DNA of 64,000 bases from Vulcanimicrobiota bacterium. Lineage in GTDB: Bacteria; Vulcanimicrobiota; Vulcanimicrobiia; Vulcanimicrobiales; Vulcanimicrobiaceae. The notes beneath the pieces are model-generated. The model did not search any database, was not told where the DNA came from, and saw only the letters and a program-made list of their open reading frames with translations. The stretch lies in the NCBI GenBank assembly GCA_963786105.1, contig CAWAXX010000012.1, positions 1 through 64,000 of the forward strand, in the 5' to 3' direction. The translations under genes and the position numbers were made by a program. This document shows, one piece after another, positions 54,646 through 62,896 of the stretch (positions are counted from its first letter, which is position 1; each line of letters begins with the position of its first letter).

Positions 54646-55073
54646 TCGACTTCCTCAAGAAACTCTTCGGCCACTCCGGTTCGAGCTCGACCGCGAAGGA
54701 ACGCCTGCGTCTCGTCCTGATGACCGACCATCTCGAACTCGCGCCGGACATGATCGACGCCATGAAGCGCGACCTCGTCGACGTCATTTCGCGCTACGTG
54801 GAGGTGGATCGCGACAAGATCGACGTGACGTTCGAGCAGCAGGACAAGGCGCTTGCGATGCTCGCGAATATCCCGATCCTATCGGTCAATCGCAACAACG
54901 GCCACCCGGTCCCCGTCGCCGCCGTGCCCGCAACCGGCGCAGCCCCCGCAACCGTCGCTGCGGCGGCAATCGAGGATTCCGCGCCAGCCGCGCCGGTCAA
55001 ACGCAAGCGCCGCCGCCGCAAGAAGGCGAAGGCCCAAGGCGTCGCCGGGGTGCCGGAAACGGCGCCGGCCTAG
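54642..55073 (+). CDS. minE: Cell division topological specificity factor MinE with C-terminal extension
   Basis: MIDFLKKLF, SSSTAKERLRLVL, DLVDVISRYV, LANIPI. Confidence 0.95.
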   Translation: MIDFLKKLFGHSGSSSTAKERLRLVLMTDHLELAPDMIDAMKRDLVDVISRYVEVDRDKIDVTFEQQDKALAMLANIPILSVNRNNGHPVPVAAVPATGAAPATVAAAAIEDSAPAAPVKRKRRRRKKAKAQGVAGVPETAPA

Positions 55074-55081
55074 CCGGCGGC

Positions 55082-56215
55082 GTGGCGGCGTTAACGCTCG
55101 GCAGCGGCGCGAAACGCTTCGTCCGCAATTTCAACTGGCCGCTGGCGATCGCCGCGGCCGCTGCAACGGCGATTGGTATCGTGTGTATCGGATCCGCCGG
55201 TTTGCACAATCCGCAATTCGCCGGCGAAGCGCGGCGTCAGCTGATCTACGTCTGCCTCGGCGTCGCGCTCATGATCGCTACGTCGTTTGTCGACTATCGC
55301 AACTGGCAGCGGTGGGCACCCGGGTTGTACGCCGTCAATCTGCTCCTACTGCTCTTCATTCTTCGCGGCGGTCACAGCGCGCTCGGAGCTCAGCGCTGGA
55401 TCTCGCTCGGCCCGCTCGGCACGTTTCAACCATCGGAACCCGCAAAACTCGTTCTCGCCATATCGTTGGCGGCCGTGTTGTGCCGAGGCAGCTACGATCG
55501 ATTGCAAGATCTCTGGAAACCGCTGTTGACCGTCGGAATTCCGGCGCTGCTCATCCTCAAGCAGCCCGACCTCGGCACCGCACTGGTGCTGCTGGCCATT
55601 CTTACCGTGCAACTCTTTCTGGGATTGCCGAAGCTGGGCGACTTCGCGATCTACGCGCTCGGCGTGCTGTTGGTGGCCGCCGTCGCCATCGGTACCAAGG
55701 CGGTGCTCAAGCCGTTTCAAAAAGCGCGGCTCTTCGTCTTTCTCAACCCGAAGTTGGACCCGCTCGGCGCGGGTTACAGTCTCAACCAATCGAAAATCGC
55801 GGTGGGCAGCGGCGAGTGGTTGGGGCGCGGACTTTACCACGGAACGCAGACGCAGTTGAATTTCGTTCCCGAAAACTCTACCGACTTCATCTTTACCGTG
55901 CTGGCCGAGGAGTGGGGCTTTGCGGGCGCGATGGTACTCTTACTGTTGTACGTCACGCTGCTCTACGGCGGCATTCGCAGCATGCTCGCCGCCCGCGATC
56001 GCTTCGGATTTCTCCTCGCCGCCGGATTGGTCGGCATGTTCTTTTTCCATATCTTGGTCAACGTCGGCATGACGATCGGCATCATGCCGATTACCGGCAT
56101 CCCGCTTCCGTTCGTCTCTTTCGGAGGCTCGGCGGTGTTGACGGGCTTTGCCGCCGTCGGCATTTTGCTCAACATACACTCCCAGCGTGACCGCGACGTC
56201 CTAGGAAACGCCTGA
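55082..56215 (+). CDS. rodA: Rod shape-determining SEDS protein RodA
   Basis: GAQRWI, FQPSE, QPDLGT, QSKIAVGSG, PENSTDFIF, EEWGF, PITGIPLPFVSFGGS; start inferred. Confidence 0.93.
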   Translation: MAALTLGSGAKRFVRNFNWPLAIAAAAATAIGIVCIGSAGLHNPQFAGEARRQLIYVCLGVALMIATSFVDYRNWQRWAPGLYAVNLLLLLFILRGGHSALGAQRWISLGPLGTFQPSEPAKLVLAISLAAVLCRGSYDRLQDLWKPLLTVGIPALLILKQPDLGTALVLLAILTVQLFLGLPKLGDFAIYALGVLLVAAVAIGTKAVLKPFQKARLFVFLNPKLDPLGAGYSLNQSKIAVGSGEWLGRGLYHGTQTQLNFVPENSTDFIFTVLAEEWGFAGAMVLLLLYVTLLYGGIRSMLAARDRFGFLLAAGLVGMFFFHILVNVGMTIGIMPITGIPLPFVSFGGSAVLTGFAAVGILLNIHSQRDRDVLGNA

Positions 56216-56318
56216 GAAACGCCTTGGTTTATCCCATCTCTTCGTCGTCGCGGGACTCATTTGCCGTAGCAAACTTCGCCCCTCGACTCCTCGATCTGGA
56301 ATAAACGAAGACGTTTCT
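56215..56318. repeat. 104-nt palindromic element with 22-bp imperfect terminal inverted repeats
   Basis: AGAAACGCCTTGGTTTATCCCA (56215-56236) vs TGGAATAAACGAAGACGTTTCT (56297-56318), 19/22 complementary; inner TTTGC-CGTA-GCAAA hairpin. Confidence 0.75.
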
Positions 56319-56919
56319 ATCTCTTACAGTATACGTGAGTTTCGGGCAGCGTAACGACGAGTTCGTAGCCGCGGCTTTGCAGGCGGTCGGCGTGCACCGG
56401 CGTGTAGTAGAGAATCCACTCGTCGATGGGATCGGAGCGTTCGGAGAGGCGATCGAGCACGTCGTCGAGTGCTTCCCCGTCGAAGGGATTGTACAGGAAA
56501 ACGACCAGAGGTCCGCCGGGAAATCGATACTGCCGGACGTCGGCCCGCACCAGCCGGACGTCGCGGCAGCGGGTCGTGAAGTCGTGAGCCTTGTCGAGAT
56601 TCTCGCGCGCGATTTGATAGAGGGCCGGAGAGATCTCAACGCCGACGATTTGGGCGAACGCGAACTCGCTCGCCAGCATGACCGCGCGTCCCATGCCCGC
56701 GCCCACGTCGACGAACGCCGACGATCGAATCACCGATTCGGGAAGACGTGCGATCACGTTGCGAAACGCGGCCACCGGAACGGCCTCATAGTGCGTCGCG
56801 TGCGCCCCCGCATCGCCGGTCGAGTCCGGGTCCAGATCGCTCAGGAAGGCGATCGCGTGGGTCGTCACGCCGTGATCCCGATCGAATCGCCTTCCGGCCG
56901 CGCGCTCCGGCTTCGCCAT
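56317..56919 (-). CDS. Class I SAM-dependent methyltransferase
   Basis: FVDVGAGMGR, IVGVEIS, FLYNPF; start uncertain. Confidence 0.85.
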   Translation of the reverse strand: MAKPERAAGRRFDRDHGVTTHAIAFLSDLDPDSTGDAGAHATHYEAVPVAAFRNVIARLPESVIRSSAFVDVGAGMGRAVMLASEFAFAQIVGVEISPALYQIARENLDKAHDFTTRCRDVRLVRADVRQYRFPGGPLVVFLYNPFDGEALDDVLDRLSERSDPIDEWILYYTPVHADRLQSRGYELVVTLPETHVYCKR

Positions 56920-56927
56920 ACGCGTGC

Positions 56928-57797
56928 ATGAACCGATTCTGTGTGCGCGACCTGCACGGACCGCTGGACGAGCGAACCTTCGCACGGTTACCGCCCGACG
57001 CGCGCATTCAGTGGCGAGAGCCGCTGGCGGCGGACGACCTGACGCGAGCGGCGAGCTGGCTGCGCGCCCATTCGGACGCGAGCCTTCGCTTGTATGGAAG
57101 CGCTTGTTCGCAACTCGGCGCGCTGGCAGCGGGTCAGTCCTTGCCCGCCCGGCTAGGGCTCGACGCGACGCGGCTTCAATCGAGCCTTCGACCGATGCCG
57201 GGAGTCGTCGATCTGACCCTCGACGGTGCCCCGCCGGACGCCCGGTCGATCCTCGCGGCCGTCCCAGCGCTGGAAACCTTGCAGGTGGACTTTGGCGGCG
57301 CGGCATTCGATCCGAGCGCTCTTTCCAACGTCGCTCGTCTGCAAAGGCTCTCGTTGGCGAGAACGACGTTGTGCGGCCGCCGCGCGCAATCGTCGCCGGC
57401 GCTGCAGGTCCTCGAGTTGCGGGATGTCGGCGCCGGCGGCATCGACGACATGTTGCGCCTTCCGAGCTTACGCGCTCTCCGGCTCCGCGGCATCGCGAAA
57501 TTGCGGTCGGTCGACGCGCTTGCCGATCATCCCAATCTGCGCATCTTGGCGTTGGAATCGCTCGTGCATCTCGATAGCCTGCGCGTCTTGTCGACGCTTC
57601 CGCGGCTCGAATCACTCGACATCGCCGGCTTGTGGCAGTTTTCGCTATCCGACGTGGGCGTCATCACGTCGATAAAAGGATTGCGCCGCCTGGCGATCGA
57701 CATTGGGGGCCGCCGGAAGAACGTAGAGATCTACAAGCAGATGCGGCTTCCTAAACCGCCACCTTTCGACCTGCGCTACGATTTGACGACGTCGTAG
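56928..57797 (+). CDS. Leucine-rich-repeat protein
   Basis: Repeats such as LETLQV, LQRLSL, LQVLEL, LRALRL, LRILAL, LESLDI. Confidence 0.7.
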   Translation: MNRFCVRDLHGPLDERTFARLPPDARIQWREPLAADDLTRAASWLRAHSDASLRLYGSACSQLGALAAGQSLPARLGLDATRLQSSLRPMPGVVDLTLDGAPPDARSILAAVPALETLQVDFGGAAFDPSALSNVARLQRLSLARTTLCGRRAQSSPALQVLELRDVGAGGIDDMLRLPSLRALRLRGIAKLRSVDALADHPNLRILALESLVHLDSLRVLSTLPRLESLDIAGLWQFSLSDVGVITSIKGLRRLAIDIGGRRKNVEIYKQMRLPKPPPFDLRYDLTTS

Positions 57798-58174
57798 GAG
57801 TTCGGCGTGCAGAGTCTGCCGGCGTACTTGTCGTCCGTCACGACCAGCGGTGATGCGCCGGGATTGGTGGCCGAAAAGGGCGGAGAGTAGATCGTCACGC
57901 CGGCCGGAAGGCGAGCCGCCGTTCCTCCAGCGACTGCCAGGTCGATGGCAGCAAAGTCCCCGTCGTTAATCGCGCGCCTCAGCGGGGCGCAGTTCAGGGC
58001 GATCACGACGTCCCGGTTGGTCACCAAGACCGACGTCGAGGCTTCGACCATCGTGTCGTCCTGCAGCTTGCCTTTATAAGCGGTCGCGACGTGGGACGGC
58101 GAGGGGGAGTGACTGCAGCCGGCGGTAACTGCAAGGAAAAGCGCAACGATCGCGCACCTTCTGGTGGTTGGCAT
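57776..58174 (-). CDS. Small hypothetical lipoprotein
   Basis: MPTTRRCAIVALFLAVTAGC lipobox. Confidence 0.6.
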   Translation of the reverse strand: MPTTRRCAIVALFLAVTAGCSHSPSPSHVATAYKGKLQDDTMVEASTSVLVTNRDVVIALNCAPLRRAINDGDFAAIDLAVAGGTAARLPAGVTIYSPPFSATNPGASPLVVTDDKYAGRLCTPNSYDVVKS

Positions 58175-58282
58175 GTGGGAAGGTCCGGTTCCGGAAGGAC
58201 GGGAAAGGGCCCTCTGACCGGCTTGGAGGCCTTGCCAGCGTGCGAGACCCGCCGGTAGACGCGTTTTTAAATTTTTTATCGA

Positions 58283-58396
58283 GGGCTGCCGTCGCGACGC
58301 CGAGCGTCGCCCCACAGTCGTGAGCGATCCCGGGTGAGAGAAGCCCGCTGGGTCGCATCGTGGAGGAATGGAGAGACCGGCGCGCCGCCGCAGCCC
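58283..58396 (+). promoter_or_regulatory. Structured 5' leader of rne
   Basis: Closing stem GGGCTGC/GCAGCCC; GCGACGC-CGA-GCGTCGC hairpin; nested GCGATCC/GGGTCGC and CGGG/CCCG stems. Confidence 0.55.
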
Positions 58397-58417
58397 GGAA
58401 GACAATTGAGGACAAAT

Positions 58418-61087
58418 TTGTCAAGCGAGATATTGATCTCGAGCGACCCGTGGGAAAACCGGGTCGCCATTCTAGAGGACGGCGATCTCGCCGAACTCTA
58501 CATCGAGCGCGAAGAGAAAGTCATCGGTTCGATTTTCAAAGGCAGAGTACAAAACGTGCTCCCCGGAATGGGAGCGGCGTTCGTCGACATCGGTTTAGGG
58601 CGAAATGCCTTTCTGTACGTCGACGACATCAACAAGCAACCGCTGAACATCGGCGACGTAGAAATAACGCAAGGCCACAGCGGATTTACGATCGGCGAAA
58701 AAGTCAAGCGCGGCGACGACATCCTCGTGCAGATCGTCAAAGAACCACGCGGCCTCAAAGGGGCGCGAATCTCGACGAACATCTCCTTGCCGGGGCGCTA
58801 TCTCATTTTGATGCCGACCGGCAAGTATTCGGGCGTTTCCCGCAAGATCGAATCGGTGCAAGAACGCGATCGGCTCAAGGCGGTCATGAAGCGGATCCGT
58901 CCCGAAGGCATGGCGTCCGTGGTTCGTACGGCCGCCGCCGGAGTCAGCGAAGCGGAACTCATCGCCGATCTCGGCGTTCTGATCCGCATGTGGCACGGCA
59001 TTTTGGAAATGTATAAGCGCGCCCCGTCGCCCTCGCTCCTGCACAAGGACATGAACCTTATCTACAAGGCGGCGCGCGATTTCATTACCGCCGACGTCGA
59101 TCGCGTCTTGATCGACGACGAGGAAGAATATCGCAAGGTTCGAGATTTCTTACAACTTCTCGGTCCGCAGTACCTTAGCCGCGTGGAGCACTACGACTCG
59201 GGGCGGGCGCTGTTCGACGATTTCCACATCAACGAAGAGCTGCAGAAGTTGATGAAACCGAAGATTACGCTGCCCTCGGGCGGCTCGATCGTGATCGAAT
59301 CGACCGAAGCGCTGACGGTCATCGACGTCAACTCCGGAAAATTTACCGGCGGCCGCAACCTCGAGGACACGATACTCAAGACCAACCTCGAAGCCGCGCA
59401 AGAGCTGGCGCGCCAAGTGCGGTTGCGCGACATCGGCGGGATCATCGTCGTCGATTTTATCGACATGGCGTCGGAAGTGTCGCGCAGCAAGGTTATCAAA
59501 GCGCTCGAAGACGGCCTGCGACGCGATCGCACCCGCGCAACCATTCAGTCGTTCTCGAATCTCGGGCTCTTGGAGTTCACGCGCAAGCGCGTTGGAAAAG
59601 ACCTCGGAGCGCAGCTTCGCGGAACCTGTCCCACATGTTCGGGCATGGGCAGCGTGATGTCATCGCAATCGGTCGCCATCGAGACCTTCCGGCATATCCG
59701 CAGCTCGGTCGACGGAGCGGCGGGAGGCGATGTCGTCGCGTACGTCGCGCCGACCGTCGCGACGCAGATGGACTTCTGGTACGAGACCGAGTGCGAAGAG
59801 CTTTCGCGCTCGTTCGGTCATCCGATCCACGTGCGCGTCGATCCGATGCTACATCCCGAAAAATCCAGAGTCGACGTCGTGCCTCATTTCGAAGATTCGC
59901 CGGCCCACGTGATACGCGTCGGGGACGAGCACGAAGTCGAGTTGCTGGCGGGACGTTTGCCGAACCCGACGTCCGCGGCCACGGTGGTCGAAAACCGGGT
60001 CGTGGAAGTCGAAAACGGCGCGAACAACGCTGGGAATACGGCGCGGATTCGCATCCTCGACGTGGACGACGTGCAAGACTACGTTCTCGCCGAAATGGTC
60101 ACCGCGGACGCGGCCGCGGCGAAGAAGCGGCGCCGCCGAGGGCGCGGGGCGAAGGCACCGCTTACCGCCGCCGAGCAAGCCAAGCAGCTTCGCGAGCTGG
60201 CCGAAGAGGCCGCGCACCAGGCACAAGCCCGGCCGCCGATCGGGATCACGACGAGCACCGAAGAGGAAGAGGCCCAGGACAAGGCGCTGCTCGCCGAGCG
60301 GCGCGGAGAAGAGCAGGCCGACGCGATCATCATCGCGCAGGGCGAAGTTCAGCACGGCGATGCCGAGGGCGCAGCCGAGGAGCGCCATAAACGGCGCCGC
60401 CGACGGCGTGGACGCCGGGGGCGTGGCGGACGAGGTCCCGAGGTGGGCGCTCCTCAAACCCCGAGCGCTTTCGTGCGACCGGTTGAAGCTTTGGACGGCG
60501 ACGACGATGAACTGCTTCCGCCGGCTGCGTCGTCCGTTGCCGCCGAGGCGGCCGGACCGGGCGAAGCAGGGCGGCGTCATCGGCGGCGTCGTCATCGCCG
60601 GCGCGGGCGTGCCGTGGGCCAGCCGGAGGGAGGCGCCGAGCCTCTGACCGGTTCGCTTCCACAGCGACCGGTGTCGCCGGACCGGCACATCTTTCGCGTT
60701 GGCTCCGACGGCGCGGCTCAACCGACCGGGACGACCGCGCCGCGCGAACCCTCGCGGGCGATTGCGCGCGTCCGCGGCGCTCAGCCGCCGGCCGTCGAAG
60801 CCCCGCCGCCAAGCCTCGTCGCAGCCGCCGACGAACCGCAAAAAACCAAGCCGGTGCGCCGTCGCCGCGCTTCCGCTCCCGTCGACAAGGCCCCAGCCGA
60901 ACTGGAAAGCGTGCCGCTCGCGGCGCTGCCCTCGGCTGAAAGCAAGCCTAAACGCGTGCGGAAAACGGCAAAGCCCGCCGCCGAGAAATCGCCTGCGAAG
61001 ACCAAAAAAGAACCGGCGGCGCGCAAAAAGACGACCACGACGCGAAAGAAAAAAGCGGCCGCGTCGGCCGCTAAGAAAAAGAACTAG
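58418..61087 (+). CDS. rne: Ribonuclease E/G family, with TRAM-like domain and long disordered basic C-terminus
   Basis: GAGG RBS and TTG start; GRVQNVLPGMGAAFVDIG, IDVNSG, LRDIGGIIVVDFIDM, CPTCSG; Arg/Lys-rich tail. Confidence 0.93.
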   Translation: MSSEILISSDPWENRVAILEDGDLAELYIEREEKVIGSIFKGRVQNVLPGMGAAFVDIGLGRNAFLYVDDINKQPLNIGDVEITQGHSGFTIGEKVKRGDDILVQIVKEPRGLKGARISTNISLPGRYLILMPTGKYSGVSRKIESVQERDRLKAVMKRIRPEGMASVVRTAAAGVSEAELIADLGVLIRMWHGILEMYKRAPSPSLLHKDMNLIYKAARDFITADVDRVLIDDEEEYRKVRDFLQLLGPQYLSRVEHYDSGRALFDDFHINEELQKLMKPKITLPSGGSIVIESTEALTVIDVNSGKFTGGRNLEDTILKTNLEAAQELARQVRLRDIGGIIVVDFIDMASEVSRSKVIKALEDGLRRDRTRATIQSFSNLGLLEFTRKRVGKDLGAQLRGTCPTCSGMGSVMSSQSVAIETFRHIRSSVDGAAGGDVVAYVAPTVATQMDFWYETECEELSRSFGHPIHVRVDPMLHPEKSRVDVVPHFEDSPAHVIRVGDEHEVELLAGRLPNPTSAATVVENRVVEVENGANNAGNTARIRILDVDDVQDYVLAEMVTADAAAAKKRRRRGRGAKAPLTAAEQAKQLRELAEEAAHQAQARPPIGITTSTEEEEAQDKALLAERRGEEQADAIIIAQGEVQHGDAEGAAEERHKRRRRRRGRRGRGGRGPEVGAPQTPSAFVRPVEALDGDDDELLPPAASSVAAEAAGPGEAGRRHRRRRHRRRGRAVGQPEGGAEPLTGSLPQRPVSPDRHIFRVGSDGAAQPTGTTAPREPSRAIARVRGAQPPAVEAPPPSLVAAADEPQKTKPVRRRRASAPVDKAPAELESVPLAALPSAESKPKRVRKTAKPAAEKSPAKTKKEPAARKKTTTTRKKKAAASAAKKKN

Positions 61088-62724
61088 GGCGTTCGTCGCC
61101 CTCGTGTCTTTTTGTGAAGCCGGTCGGATCCGCACTTGCCGTTGCTATAGCCCCAGCAGATGAGGGCAAATCCGTCGCCGGAGTTCACGTTGCTATTCAA
61201 GATCACGTTCGTCGCGCTCGCTTCCGCAAAGGCCGAGCCGCCGCCGCCGCCGGCGCCGGCATTACCGCCACCGCCTCCGTAGTAGCCGCCCCCGCCCCCG
61301 CCGCTGCCGTACCGGGTGTCTCCCGATGGGCTGCCGCAGTAGCCCACGCCGGCGCCGCCCACGCCGAGCGAGCCGCCGTTCGTCCCCGCGCCTCCGGTGC
61401 CGCCCGCGCTCTGCGTGCCGCCACCGCCGCCCTTGCCTTTAAAAAAGGAGCCCCCGCAGTAACCGTCGCCGCCGCTTTGCCCGGCGAGGCCGCCCCCGTA
61501 ACCGCCGTACGCAGTCTGAAACGGCGTCGAATAACCGCTGCCGCCACCGCCGCCCGCCACGAGGACGCGGTTTGCCAGCGCGCTGCCGCCCTGGCGGACG
61601 TCGGTCGCACCGCCTCCGCCGTTGCCGCCGGCAAAATCCGAGCCCATGGGAGGCGGCCCGGCGCCTCCGCCGTTGAATCCGCCGGCGCCCGCGGAATACA
61701 GCGAGCCTATACCGCCGGTGCCGCCGACGAAGATCGCGAGCGACTCGCCCGGCGTCGCCGGAATCGTCGCCCCAGACCCACCGCCGAGCCCACCAGGATT
61801 GCTAGCATTCAGTTCCCCGCCCGACGCCGCATAGGCCACGAGATAGACGGTCGTCGCGCAAGTAGGGACGGTGAAGTTCTGTGAGCCGCCGGTATAGTTG
61901 AAGCTGGCGAAGCCGGGGCTAATGGTAGCCGGTTTGAATTGGCCGCTGCCGGTAACGCTGCCGGCTTGGGCACCGATCGTTGCGGCGCCGCCCGGGATTG
62001 GATTGCCGTTCCACGCGATGGTTGCGACGTCGGAGGAACTCAGCAACGTATCGGATGGCGGGTTATCTTTGCCGCTGGTCGCAATCGCGGTCGCGCCGCT
62101 GGTGTCGCTGTCGGAGAGCGTAATCGACGTCGCGTAGGTGCCGAAGATCGTGTAGGTGTCCGCGTCGAATGCGGTCACTGTGAAGGGCGTGGGTGGGATG
62201 GCCGCGCACGTGCTCGGAAAGCCCCCGGCGAACAAACTCGCCAAAACGCCCTCGAGCTTGGGTGAAATGCTGGTCGTTTGCCCCGTCTTGATGGTGAACG
62301 GCACGCCAGACGCGGTCGACAGCAGATGGGCGTTGAGGGGAATCTGGCCCTGCACCGGCGCGAGATCGTAGAGGTTGACGCCGGTTGTGTAGTCGCCGGA
62401 CTTCAGGGCGAGGTCGATCGTGCACACGAGCGGTCCCATCACTTTCGTGCAATGCGGATTACCGTGGGTCAATTTGAACGCTTGGGTGCCGTTTGACGGC
62501 CCCGTCCATACCAGCGTCATGCCTCTGGTCGCCGGCGAGACGTAGCTCTTGGCACTGCCGCGTTTCTTGGGGATGCTGATTTGGAGCGTGAGCGTGCCCT
62601 TGCCCGCAGCTGGCGCGGGGCCGCCGTCGGCGAGCGGGGGCGAAACGGTTTGCGGCGTGCCGCCGGCACAGCCGGCCAGAAGTACCGCAATACAAAAAAC
62701 CGCAAACGCTCTAACCGTTCTCAT
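61084..62724 (-). CDS. Lipoprotein with C-terminal glycine-rich (ALK/LTK-like) domain
   Basis: LLAGC lipobox; FNYTGGSQNFTVP...GGFNGGG...GGGGATDVR...LVAGGGGG...GGGGYYGGGG...GGGGS. Confidence 0.75.
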   Translation of the reverse strand: MRTVRAFAVFCIAVLLAGCAGGTPQTVSPPLADGGPAPAAGKGTLTLQISIPKKRGSAKSYVSPATRGMTLVWTGPSNGTQAFKLTHGNPHCTKVMGPLVCTIDLALKSGDYTTGVNLYDLAPVQGQIPLNAHLLSTASGVPFTIKTGQTTSISPKLEGVLASLFAGGFPSTCAAIPPTPFTVTAFDADTYTIFGTYATSITLSDSDTSGATAIATSGKDNPPSDTLLSSSDVATIAWNGNPIPGGAATIGAQAGSVTGSGQFKPATISPGFASFNYTGGSQNFTVPTCATTVYLVAYAASGGELNASNPGGLGGGSGATIPATPGESLAIFVGGTGGIGSLYSAGAGGFNGGGAGPPPMGSDFAGGNGGGGATDVRQGGSALANRVLVAGGGGGSGYSTPFQTAYGGYGGGLAGQSGGDGYCGGSFFKGKGGGGGTQSAGGTGGAGTNGGSLGVGGAGVGYCGSPSGDTRYGSGGGGGGYYGGGGGNAGAGGGGGSAFAEASATNVILNSNVNSGDGFALICWGYSNGKCGSDRLHKKTRGRRTP

Positions 62725-62896
62725 CACAGCCCCATTTCTGCCACCGTCAGTCAAAGACGGATGCATCCACACGTTCGGTTGGCATATGGGCGTATCCCGC
62801 GGTCGCTCGTGCAACACGTGAGACACCGCTCGCTTGCAATGGTTCGATTGACGTGCGCGGTGCGCCGGGCGTAGCCGGCCGCAAACCTACAAGTCC

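Noticed and set aside
61230..61800. GCC/CCG-rich low-complexity tract resembling a tandem repeat or CRISPR array
   Set aside because: It is the antisense of Gly codons in the glycine-rich lipoprotein; no constant repeat-spacer periodicity.
62809..62824. parS-like site TGCAACACGTGAGACA
   Set aside because: Four mismatches to TGTTTCACGTGAAACA and poor palindromic symmetry.
62725..62896. Possible riboswitch upstream of the Gly-rich lipoprotein
   Set aside because: Only short 4-5 bp stems, expected by chance at this GC content; no known aptamer consensus.
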